A stretch of DNA of 63,228 nucleotides, the filler included, from Basidiobolus meristosporus CBS 931.73 (taxonomy: Eukaryota > Fungi > Basidiobolomycota): the NCBI GenBank assembly GCA_002104905.1. It is 3 parts of 3 records of this genome, joined end to end, with 100 filler letters (N's around TTAATTAATTAA, not from the genome) between each part and the next. Parts side by side here need not be neighbours in the genome. Positions count along the whole stretch, not along the records: positions 45,583 to 63,228 come from MCFE01001085.1; 2 more parts are not named here. One strand, 5' to 3'. The notes under the pieces are model-generated. The model had not been told where the DNA came from, ran no database searches, and saw nothing but the letters and a program-made list of their open reading frames with translations. How positions within the stretch are numbered: the stretch's first letter is position 1; each line of letters begins with the position of its first letter. A program made the translations under genes and the position numbers. Shown here in pieces: positions 47,768 to 59,455 of this stretch.

Positions 47768-48500
47768 AGACTTGTTCCATTGGATAGTGCCACATTGAGC
47801 CATGAGTGCCAAATGATGCCATAGTGTGCCAGGGAGGCCAAGTGAGCCTAAACTTGGCCACAGAGTGTGGAGCATAGATCTGCATCTTCATGCAAAGCAG
47901 CCCCTGTGTTTCACTCACTGTGATGGAGAAAATCCATTTTTTGACCTTTTTTTTAGGTCAATGTTGTACAGGATGCACAAGAGCACTAAAGGATTGAAGA
48001 TATGCATCTGGTACTCAATACCCATGGCACTCTGAATCTAGCTCCTGTGGCTTGTAACATGTCACAAAAATGCATGGCACTATCTTGGTCCACTGGTACT
48101 ATCTGGCACTATAAGTGCTTTGTATTGATCTTACTTTGGGGCTAATATTTAAATATAATGCCGGATAGTGCCAGTGGACCAAGATAGTGCCATGCATTTT
48201 TGTGACATGTTACAAGCCACAGGAGCTAGATTCAGAGTGCCATGGGTATTGAGAACCAGATGTATATCTTCAATGTTTTAGTGCTCTTGCACATCCTGCA
48301 CAATATTGATCCACAAAAAAACATCAAAAAGTGGATTTTCTCCTGCATCATGGGTGAAACACAGGGGCTGCTTTGTATGAAGATGCAGATCTATGTTTTG
48401 CACTCTGTGGCCAAGTATAGGCTTGATTGGCCTCTCTGGCACACTATGGCATCATTTGGCACTCATGGCTCAACATGGTACTATCCAACGGATCAAGTCT
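47768..48500. mobile_element. 733-bp foldback (MITE-like) element of the PHIS-like family
   Basis: ~341-bp inverted arms with a 50-bp spacer (48109-48158). Termini AGACTTG...CAAGTCT, flanks AAT/ATT. The empty site is visible in the sister CACTA copy near 60020. Confidence 0.9.
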
Positions 48501-50402
48501 ATTAAGTATTTCTGCTGTAATGCTCTAGTTCCACAATTTTGGCGGGAACCCAACAACTTTATGCCACTGTACATTCACTGGTGCCCAGATGTCCTGGCCT
48601 TCAGCTGGCACTGCAAGGTCTAGCACCTCGTCTGCCAGTCTTTGCAATAAATCCTTGCAATATTCAGGTGTATATTGTTGAGCACTGCTCTTGAAGAAGT
48701 GCTGCAACCTCCTGGTGTGCCTAGTGATATTCTAAAATCCCACTGAAGGCAGTGTGATAGTCTTTTGAGCTCTTAACATTGTAGACTTGTCTGTCAGTGG
48801 GATCTCCACACTGTCAACAATGGAGGTTGTTATAGACAAATTGCCTTTTTCAGTAAACTCATCTACCTTGCTGGAGTGTAGCTCAGCTGGCTACACTTCC
48901 AACTCTTGTGAGAAACAGCTGTTTTCTTGTTGGTAATTCTTCTTGGCTATGATGGGATTCAGTCTTTTCCTGGCTTGCAATGTTAATTGACAAGAACTGC
49001 AGTTTTTTTTGCATTCCTCCCTGTCTGCAGCTTGGGTGCACATTTTCCCCTTTGCCTTTTCATTTATCACTGCCAGGTCTTTCACTGCTACTTTGTCTGA
49101 GTGCTTCTTGTAAAGAACTATGTTTTCTCGTGGATAAATTCCGCTCTGATGCATCTGTTTTGGCCTGCTTGTCCCTTGCTGGCACTCTTCTGGCAACCTG
49201 ATGTTTCTTTTCCGCTTGTTTTGAGCTCTCAACCATAGTTGTGATGGGCTCCTGCAAAAGCAGCTGGTTCTTATCACTGCCAGGTCCTTCACTGCTACTT
49301 TGAATGAGTGCTTCTTGAGTGATACTACATTTTTCCCCTGACAAATGTTGTGCTGGTGCATCCATGTCTGCCTGCTTGTCCCTAATTGGCACTCTTCCAG
49401 CTGCCTGATGTCTCTTTAATGCTTTTGTAGAGCTTTTGGCCCTGCTTGTAACAGGCTCTTGAGGAAGCTGCTGGTTTTTAGCCATGGCACCCTTGTTTTT
49501 CTGCCTTTGATAGTTTCTGCTATTCTCAAGATAATTTATTAGCATACCAATGCTGGCCTAAAATCTGTTTGCCTGTTTGAATCCAGGATAATGCTCATGG
49601 AACAGGTCAAGTGCATTCTGCTTGGCCTTGAGTTCCTGATGGTCCCATGGTATGCTGGCCTTAAGATGAAGGTTTGCTAGACTTCTGATGGCCTCTTGTA
49701 TTTTAGCAATGTCTTTTGATTTTTAGGCTTTGGTATAAACACCACATTGTCTCTCCCCTATGCTATGCTAGGTTTCCCTGTGCGCTTTATCTTTGGGCAC
49801 TGTTGTTGTGCTTCAAAGACTGTACAGAGTTCCTTGGCTGTTACATTGGGAAATGGCTCTATTTTGGCTGTGACATTGAGCTACTTGAGTTCCTTCTTTG
49901 CAGCAAAGATACTGCTTTCTCTACCTGGGATATTGATTGCTCTACACATATTATCTGCTCATCCTGTTTCTGGACTACTTCCTGATTTCTCTGGGCCATT
50001 GCATCTATCCTATCAGCCACTGCACCTAGTTGCTTCATTAGTGCTTTGGTACAAGCTGACAACATACTTGCTAATATGGGTGGTACTGATTTTATCATGG
50101 CCACTTACTGAACTTCAACTGAGGTTACTGCGTCTGCTACATTCTCAGCTGCCTTAGCATAATGGTCAGCTTGTGGCTCCACAGAGGTTCTCAATTACCT
50201 ACTTGACTGAGAGCCTGAGGAGTTTGCATTATTACCTTCAGTGGGCTCACTGTCCACAGGGACTTTTTTGGATGTAGCCCCACTTGTTGCAGTGAATGTC
50301 AAAGCAAGCTGTTGTCCAACCATTCTTCTGTTGCCATCAGTGGTGGCATTTGGTTGAGAACTAGACAACTTTGCTTTATTTTTGGTGGCATATATATAGA
50401 AG

Positions 50403-50923
50403 TGTTATGAATAGACACAAGGCAGGAGGAAATGCTAGGCACGGCAGGAAAGGACTTAGGTGTGGACCATCAAGGCAAGGCAGGATTCAAGGCAAGGCTG
50501 TTTATTCAAGACCTGTGTTTATCAGACTGAGGAATACTTAAGGGGGGATAGGACTATATATACTTTTTGGCTATATTGATGCCAAGAGATATTAGCTAAT
50601 ACTAATGGGGTTGTAGGGTGAGGCACAGCAATGGTGCTGGGGATAATGACATAGATGACACGGCACTGAGACAGGATGGGGAAATGGATTGGGTCACCTG
50701 ATCATGTGACTACGTCATGTGACCTGGTATTTCCATATATGGTACTGGACTATAAAAAATATGATGGAAAGCTTCCATGGAATGTTCCATTGTGTAACAA
50801 TGGTTTGGAATGGTCAGGAACTTTCTGGAAGGTGGTAGAAGGTTCCAGAAGGAATCTCTTAGAAATTGAGCTAGGAAGCTGAAACTTGGCATGGGTGTTC
50901 ATGGTTGTCAAGTGATCATGACA
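50403..50923. mobile_element. Solo LTR, 521 bp
   Basis: Termini TGTTATGA...TCATGACA with a perfect 5-bp TSD AGAAG. The empty site is visible near 54320. Confidence 0.88.
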
Positions 50924-51427
50924 AGAAGTGGGTCAAACCAAAGGGGAAATACCCTATGAAAGATAATTTGGTCCCGCGGGTGGATCTAATCCGGATCCTC
51001 CACCAAGATCCCATTATACACCATCATACTAACAGCAGCTTGGAATTAGTGACCCTCCTGACAATCTTACAACAAGATCATGACGGTGTTTTGCAAATTT
51101 ACAGCCAAATAAAGGGAGAAAACTTGATGATTTTTGATTGGTTCTGTGACAATATTCACATGGTATTGTTGCAGTCTTTTAGCGTTCTATTACTATTTTA
51201 AGTGGATATAGTTGGCCAGGACTTCCAATTGCCTTATATGGCAAGAAATTTGAGGGTATTTTGATGACCTCATAGCAAGACTCTGATGGCTTTTTCTTAG
51301 CAGTATGATGGCCTGCTGCTGGTTCTGTATAATGCTATTGTACCAATTTACCACATGGTATTTCCTTTTTTTACCTCCCCTTGTGCAATTGATATATTCC
51401 ACTGTAGAATCACCTTTTTTTATTTGC

Positions 51428-54119
51428 TTACCTACTACCACCTTGGGTATTCCACATACAGTTTGATTCAAAAAAAACTATGGCCTCCTGCTTACTAACC
51501 TCTACAAACACGCACACCTGCTGCAATTGACATACCTCTATCACCTCAACTTTACAGCTTTTTAGTGTGATACTTGCAAAGTTGCCATATACCTTGTACT
51601 GCTGGTAGCATATACATCTTGCAAACATATGCTTGGTTGTTGCCACTTCTGCTATGAATACCCCCTGAATATTGGCAAAGAACTTCTTGGTATTTAGCCA
51701 ATATACTCCTTCTCCCTGCTGGATTCTAGTCCCCCTTATAGGTGTTCTCTGGCTTTTGTTTGTGTGAATTCCATATTGAATGGTGTAAAAGTTGGCTTGT
51801 GACCACAAGAAATCCAGCATGTCTTGGTGGAGTTTTCCTGATAAAAGTTAGTTGCTTGTTGCACCCAACCCAACTTTGCATTACTTAACTGATTACCCAC
51901 ACATTGGGGCTGCTTAGCTTCTTAATGCCATAGGCATAGGTGTCTCCATGTGCACATTTGTCCTCAGTATTTTCCAGCTCTTTCTGGCTGTCCTCCATGT
52001 GACAACTCATCACATCCATGACAGACTTGAAGGTAATATTCATAATGAGATTGGGATATGGTATTACCTGCAACTTGACTTGTCTTCCTATCTCCCCACA
52101 CATCCGCTCCATGGGAAACTCCCAAAAGGTGATGCAAGGCCCAATATTCTCCACACACCGTGCTAGATGGAGTAGAGAATGGATACAGTAGTGGCAGAGA
52201 TATATGCGTTCAGCTTTATGTTTGTAGCATAGTTGCTCAAATCCTGTCACAAATTCCTCACACAACAGCTGTAGATACATCAGGTTGGCATTGGTGATCT
52301 GCTTCTGGATAAATATTCCTACAATGTCCACATAAGACTCCCAATGCTTCCAATGTACTCTTTATAGGAATGGCTTCAGAACACCACTTGAATAAATATG
52401 TATCAAGTTCATCCAGTCTTTGCATTTGTATTGACGCATATGCATATGAATATTAATTAGAGCCCATGAGAAGTACTTAGGGGAGCAGATACTCTGTCAT
52501 ATCTTGCCAATTTTTTCAAATTTCTCCAGTATCTCAAAGGGCTCATTTAGCTTGAAATGCCCCATGTACAACTTGGTCATCAATATAGGGATATTGTTGA
52601 AAAGCAAATGCATTGCTCCCAGTGGAAAACTTTTGCTCCAACAGATACCCTCTATCTTAAGTATCTCCAGTTTCCAATTGATTCTGTATCCCAGCCAATG
52701 GCTTATAGCTTGCCAACTTTGCTGCAATTGCATGCTTACTTTTATACATTCTCTCTGTGGAAAGATGATGTTCTTAATGCTGGTTTTTGGGTAATAATAA
52801 TGCGTGTGAGTTATGGAGTAAATCCCCTGGATCTCACACATTTGACTGCAATACCATCCATTGTGCCCAGAAAAACCTGCTATCTTGCTGATGGCTGGGG
52901 AATCTCCAATGCAGATGATAATATTTGCCTTTACATGATGGCTATTTACTGTTATCCCACTGGAGAGCACACAAAATTCATCCAGCAATGAATACAGGTA
53001 GCTATCCAGGTTGGGCAGTGATTTAGGCCCAGATACCAGTGAGACTACCATCAGATTATTGCTCTGATACCGTAAGATAGGTGGCAGATTCAGATTGATG
53101 AGAATCAGTGGCCAGCAGGATTTGCTGATAGAGTACTTGTTTAATGAGAACTCATCAAGTGCTAAAGCAAAGGCATGGTCATACATAACTTCAAAGTAGC
53201 CCTTGCTTCTTAGCTGTGTGTAATGTTTGCCATCAAATATATTGGATATGTTTGCGCTTGATTGATACTGAGTGTGGTACTGTATAGCTTTGCAATATTT
53301 GTTGGACTGCATCAGCTTCCTCAGATGGGGTATGACCGGAATATATCCGGAGTGTGAGCAATGCTTTCCCTCAACGGTGGTGGATTCCTGACAATTTGGA
53401 TACATTGCAATGGTAGCATTTTTAGATGTGAATGCCATGCAACTGTTAGCACACGTTGGAATCAGGACAGTCTCTGGATCATATGTTGCCAGCCGCATGA
53501 TGGTTGTCCACTTGTGCCATGTGCATGGTAAGTTGCATCCAGGTATGATTTTGGCAAAAAGTAGCAATAAATCCTCAAAGCCCCCATTACTGATATTAGT
53601 GGCATCACACCACATCTCTAGCCACAACATTACATCATTCACCAGTAGATGGATTACTGGGTGCACTTGGCTCCATAAAGCATTCTTGACATTTGTTTCA
53701 AGGAGTGTTGTCTCATTGCATTTAGGGAATTGACCAGGCCCATTTGTGGTACTGCTGTTAGGGGAGATAGGCTCAAGATCCATCAGTGAGCCTTCTTTGT
53801 CAGAGCTATAACTCTGCGTGCCATATTCAGAAGGCTGAGGTGAGCCTAAAGGCGTCACAAACTCTCCTGACTCAGTTTGCACAAGGTGACAAAGATGGCC
53901 AGGTGTCAATATAGAAGTATCAGCTGGCCGGCAAGATAATGTTGGTACAGTAGTGACCAATGAATGGTCAAATATGACTTGGGTGGCAAAACACTGGCTG
54001 TGATCCTTGTAATACTTCCTATGCTGTCTGTGTGCTTCATGGCTGAGAGGCTTGCCACAATAGCCACATGGTCTTTTTTCTCTTCTCTTACAGCATTGAG
54101 TCAAAGTAGTCTTGTCCAT
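51428..54119 (-). pseudogene. CACTA transposase (Transposase_21-like core plus DUF4218-like region)
   Basis: The 540-aa ORF has FDGKHY, CWPLILINLNLPP, GPK, GDSPA and GHNG. Downstream broken ORFs carry HSLLHLA and GPCITFWEFPMER. Confidence 0.85.
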
Positions 54120-55029
54120 GGGGCAAACAGTTTGACCTTCAACAACATAATGCTATTATACCACTTTTTGGTCAATACTCATGTGAACTTAAGACAGTCT
54201 TGTATTTGAGACATTGTACCTACATGAATGTAAGAGTCAATGATGACCAGCCATAGTAAGCATAATAAACAAAGTTGTAACACCACATACACACTTATAT
54301 GTAACACTATTTCCCCTTTAGTTTGACTCACTTCCATATATATATATGCCGCCAAAAAATAAAGCAAAGTCATCTGGTTCTCAACCAATCCCCACTGCTG
54401 ACGGCAACAGAAGAACAATTAGACAACAGCTTGCTTTGACATTCAGTGCAATAAGCGGGGCTACATCCAAAAAAGGCCATGTGGACAGTGTGCCCATTGA
54501 AGGTAATAATGCGGGCTCCTCAGGCTGTCAGTCAAGTAGGCAATTGAGAACCTCTGTGGAGCCACAAGCTGACCATTATGTCAAGGCAGATGAGAATGTA
54601 GCAAGCACAGTAACCTCAGTTGAAGATCAGCAAGTGGCCATGATAACATCACCACCACCCATATTAGCAAGTATGTTGTCAGCTTGTACCAAAGCATTAA
54701 TGAAGCAATTAGGTGCGGTGACTGATAGGATAGATGCAATGGCCCAGAGAAATCAGGGAGTAGTCCAGAAATAGGATGAGCGGATAAAAGGTGTAGAGCA
54801 ATCAATATTCCATGTAGAGAAAGCAGCATCTTTGCTGCAAAGAAGGAACTTGAGTAGCTCAATGACACAGCCAAAATAGAGCCATTTCCCAATGTAACAG
54901 CAGAGGAACACTGTACAGTCTTTGAAGCACAACAACAGTGCCCAAAGATAAAGCCCACAGAAAAACCTATCACAGCGTGAGAGGAAGACAATATGGTGTT
55001 TATACCAAAGCCTAAAAATCAAAAGACAT

Positions 55030-58000
55030 GGTAAGATACAGTTACTGATAATTTTACTCAATCTTACTTATGTAGCTCAGAATAGTGCTTTCCTTGCCTT
55101 ATTTACTCTTCATAATGCTCCAGACACATTTCTCACAGTGGATGTCTTCTTATATGATCATACTGTGCATTAATAAGTATCTTAACTATTTTACCTATTC
55201 TGCTGTTTTCTCCTATATATGACTTTCCTCTGTATTTACCTGCCAATATGCTGAATCTCTTCAGATATCCAAATGTGTGCTCTACCCTCACTCTGAAATG
55301 ATTAAATATCTCATTGTAGAGCTTCTGCTTCCTGCTAAGCACACCATTCCTTGGCTTCCTATAAGCTGTAATACATCCTAATCTCTGACAATCCTCTCCT
55401 ATATAGGCTGAGTCTGCCATACATTTCTCCCCTCTACTGAATTCAGGATGATTCTCTACCCAGATTGCTTTGTCATGCCTACTTCAGGCAAATGGCCCAC
55501 TAAACCAGATGATGTTACCCTCAATGTCAGACAGTGCTTGAAACTTCACACAGTGTGCCTTGTACTTGCCAGAATAAAAGTGCCTCTGCCCTCTAGAAGG
55601 TCTGTTAATCCTCACTGGGAAGGTATCCAAAATACTCCTGATATGGAACCTGTTGCTGAACACTCTGGGATATGGAAGTCTATTGGAGCTTCTGAACCTA
55701 GTATTCCAAGCTTGCTCTAAGTCATTCATACCCTCTGCAAGGTGGTTCTCTATTGCTGTCAGCTGGGAATGAAATCTTCTAGGACTATTGTTGCCATGGA
55801 TGGTGGGATGAAACCTTGTAGGGCAATAGTTCTTGTAATAGCAGAGAAGCTTAACAAGGGATCTCCTTGAGTAGATTGGGGTTGATGGTCCACAGTACTA
55901 GGAATAGATCTCCTTTAGTGTGTCAAAAGGAAATCCAGTGGCAGTGATAAGATTGATGATAATCAAATAGAAAATCTGCATTTGATGTGATCTGATCCGT
56001 GTCAATGCAATCCAAGATCCATCATGCATAATATATGGAAAATTCAACAATCTCATTAGTTTTCATATATATTTCATATAAGACCAGGTTGATGCCAATA
56101 TACTGCTGTATAAGTATCCAAATCCGTTGCTATGGTCCCCATACCAAGCCTCAACTCATCTTTGGTACAACCCAGGCAAAACCCATCCCCCAGCTCACAA
56201 GTGCGGTCCAGACCGGAAAAGTCAATGTCAGATCTGTTTGAGTTCTTACCAAATGATTTTAGTATGGCCCAAGTGTCTATAATGAGCCTTCATACAGATA
56301 TTTGGGCACTACTAATTAATCTAGCAGAACTAGATACCTCAGAGAGTTGACAAAGATGGAAGAATTTGAGTAGAAAGCTGTGGCATGAGTTCTACATCAA
56401 GATGCCAGCCAATGTATGTAAAAAGATATATAACAAGACAAGTATTGAAATCAAGAATGAGCTGAGAGTGAGGGGATTTGACAAAGAAGCTGTGTGGGAA
56501 CAATTTTGCGCGCAATTTGCACAGTACGGGCCGGACACATCCATTTGCGCCTCAACTTTGGGAACCAAAGAGATTTTGAATGAGTTTTTGCCTCAAATGA
56601 CTAATGTACTACGTGATGTATTAGTTGAGCTAAGTGGCTTCTAAGAGCAATATACACAGGACTCATCCAGGCAACAGCTCCAAAGTATCAGACAGAGGGT
56701 AAGTGAATACCTTGAGGAACCAGATGGTGAGCTTCAGGAGGAAGAATACAGACCACAAGCAACATTGTCCAGATTACGCCAGCATGCCTTGCTGGATTCC
56801 CTACCATCTCTTGCAACCACAGCGCGCCAGTGCACGTCAGTCCAGACCATGCCAACACCCTTTACCAGAATGCCCTGCATCAAGTCAACGCACGTCGGGT
56901 CAACACGTGTGCTTCACAGCAAAACTACAAGAACTTGCCAAGCTGCTCATTTGGACACAAGTCTATTGGAGCGGACCGAGTTGCGTCAACATGCAGCATC
57001 ACATCAAACTCAGCCAAGGGCCATCTCAACGCATCAAGGTGCACCTGCGCGTGCCATTTTGCCTGACCATCAGCAAGTTACTTCTGGTGAACTGACTGAT
57101 GATGACCAACATAAAGTGCTCAACCACCAGAGCCCTTAGCAAGTAAAGGAATGTGTCAGCGCGTGGCACTACAGGCTGGTTCAGTTGGTTCAGTCGGAGC
57201 AATTCAGCGTGGCCAAGCTGCAGCATTGCACTCATCAACTAGGAGGCAAAATACTGACTACAAATACACAAGTAGCTAAGATGATAGTCAGCCAGGAAGT
57301 AGTATAGGTGTGCAAAGTGAGTCACTACCAAATGCTTCAGTAGTAATCCCTGTGAGAAAAAAACCCAGGAGAAGATGATGCAATTGCTTTGAATTGCTCA
57401 CATTTGTAATGATCCCAACAACCCTTTTTTTTTGCGATCCAAATCAAGCCATTGCAAATCAGTGATCATCAAATTTTTGATATAAGTAATATCAAGGTCA
57501 TCTCACATTTGTGACAGAACTCCTATAAATAAACACCATGCATATATAAACATCATATGTAGTACCAGTGCAGCTATTGGATCTGTTTTGCACCTAAATG
57601 ATTGCTTGAGTGCTAGCTATGACACCTTGTCCATTCACTAGGATCAGGGATTTACTTGCTCAATGGGCAAAATGGGATATTTGATGGCAAATCAGGTAGT
57701 TTTTCAGTAGTCAATGAGCCAATTGGGGGCTGCCAGCTTCAGTATACTTTTGGACCAATTAACCACTGAGATACCATCCAATTGGAGTGAGTGTCACCAA
57801 AATGGTAAGTATCAGTGTAGTTTATAGTGTGATACACATTTATTTCCATTGACATTAAAGAAACATATCCAAATACCGGATTTTACCTGCCATAATAGCG
57901 GTATCCAATTGCGCACGTCATGCAAACATTACAAGTTGGCGCTGTGGTGGTGTAGAGGTACTCCTGGGAGAAGCTAAACAACTCAAGGTTTGTGAGGTGT

Positions 58001-58928
58001 CTGATGGGTGCAATAACCTCTGTGTCTAAACTGCTGGTGTCTTTGTCAATATGTCACTATGGTAAAAGCTCCTGCTTCTCTAGCTTCCTAGGTGCTCCAA
58101 GTGTCTCCAAAAGCCTCTGTGTGTCTTGTGCACTACCTTGAAAAGCTCCTTGATGGCAGGTCTGAGATGTACTGTTGACGGCAGGTGCAGTGATCAACTG
58201 CTAATCAATAAGGTAGAAGTGTTACTGATAGAAGGGATGATTTATTGATGAGGGATTGCTTTCCCTTAAATACTTTTCCTGATTGCCAAGTGATTACTAA
58301 TGACAAGGTTCTAGAAGATTCTAGGTATCAGTGGAATTCTTGATGACATCACTTTGAGCTAAAAATATGCCAAGAATGTCCTGGAAGGTTCTAAAAGGCA
58401 CAGCACTCTCAACCAATCAGGAATCAGTAGTCTGAAACCTGTGCAACATAGAAATACCATATATGGTATTGAAATGGTAGGGATGGTAACACAGACCTAG
58501 GTCATGTGTCACAGGTACTGACGCGGGTACTTGCCTTATATAGATACATCTACTGATCACAAAGTTGTATAACATCTGGGATAACTAATGCTAATAACTA
58601 ATCAGGGTAAACATCATATGGGGATAATACTGATAATATGGGCAAAAGAAGAATGGGATAATACTGATAAGATAAAATATGGATAAGTATATCATAATGA
58701 CTATATGAGTAAACTTGTCTGTGGGAGGTATGTTTACCCTACCACAGTGCAATCATCCGTGCCAACCTCATTGTGTCAGATTGTGCCATAGTGTGCAAGA
58801 TTGTCCCGCATAGTGCAAAATTGTCCATGAACAATCCTGCCTTCTGGTAGCTATAATATTGCGCCTGATTGTTCTTTACAACCGCGGATTGCGCCGCACG
58901 CCCTGGCACAGTACAATAGTACAAGTCT
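55030..58928 (-). mobile_element. PHIS/IS5-like transposon copy 2, with cargo
   Basis: DDE_Tnp_4 pseudogene at ~55103-55990 is closely similar to copy 1. The right terminus ...ACAAGTCT at 58928 is followed by ATT. The left terminus and ~150 bp of host sequence are deleted. Confidence 0.65.
57943..58746. mobile_element. Solo LTR, 804 bp
   Basis: Termini TGTGGT...ACCACA with a 4-bp TSD GCGC/GTGC. A homologue lies at 29560. Confidence 0.8.
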
Positions 58929-59041
58929 ATTATCCTGGATTCAAACAGGCAAACAGATTTTAGGCCAGCATTGGTATGCTAAGAGAGTATCTTAAGAATA
59001 GCAGAAACTATCAAAGGCAGAAGAACAAGGGTGCCCTGGCT

Positions 59042-59455
59042 AAAAACCAGCAGCTTCCTCAAGAGCCTGTTACAAGCAGGGCCAAAAGCTCTAGAAAAGC
59101 ATTAAAGAGATGTCAGGCAGCTGGAAGAGTGCCAATCAAGGACAAGCAGGCAGATATGGATACACCAGCACAACATTTATCAAGGAAAAAGCATAGTGCC
59201 ACTCAAGAAGCACCCAGGCAAAGTAGCAGTGAATGACCTGGCAGTGATAAAAACCAGCTGCTTTTACAGGAGCCTGTAACAGCTATGGTTGAGAGCTCAA
59301 AACAAGCTGAAAAGAAACGTCAGGTTGCCAGAAGCGTGCCAGCAAGGGACAAGCAGGCTAAAACAGATACGTCAGAGCAGAATTTATCCAGGAGAAAACA
59401 TAGTTCTTTACAAGAGGCACTCAGACAAAGTAGCAGTGAAAGACCTGGCAGTGAT
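59042..59455 (+). repeat. Two tandem ~207-bp (69-codon) repeats in the accessory ORF
   Basis: KNQQLPQEPVT...RQSSSE.PGSD followed by KNQLLLQEPVT...RQSSSERPGSD. Also present at 49060-49430 on the minus strand. Confidence 0.85.

Noticed and set aside
55963-57480. Possible TIR pair (ATCAAA...ATTTGATG) bounding the cargo
   Set aside because: Similarity is patchy and AT-rich, and no TSD was identified.
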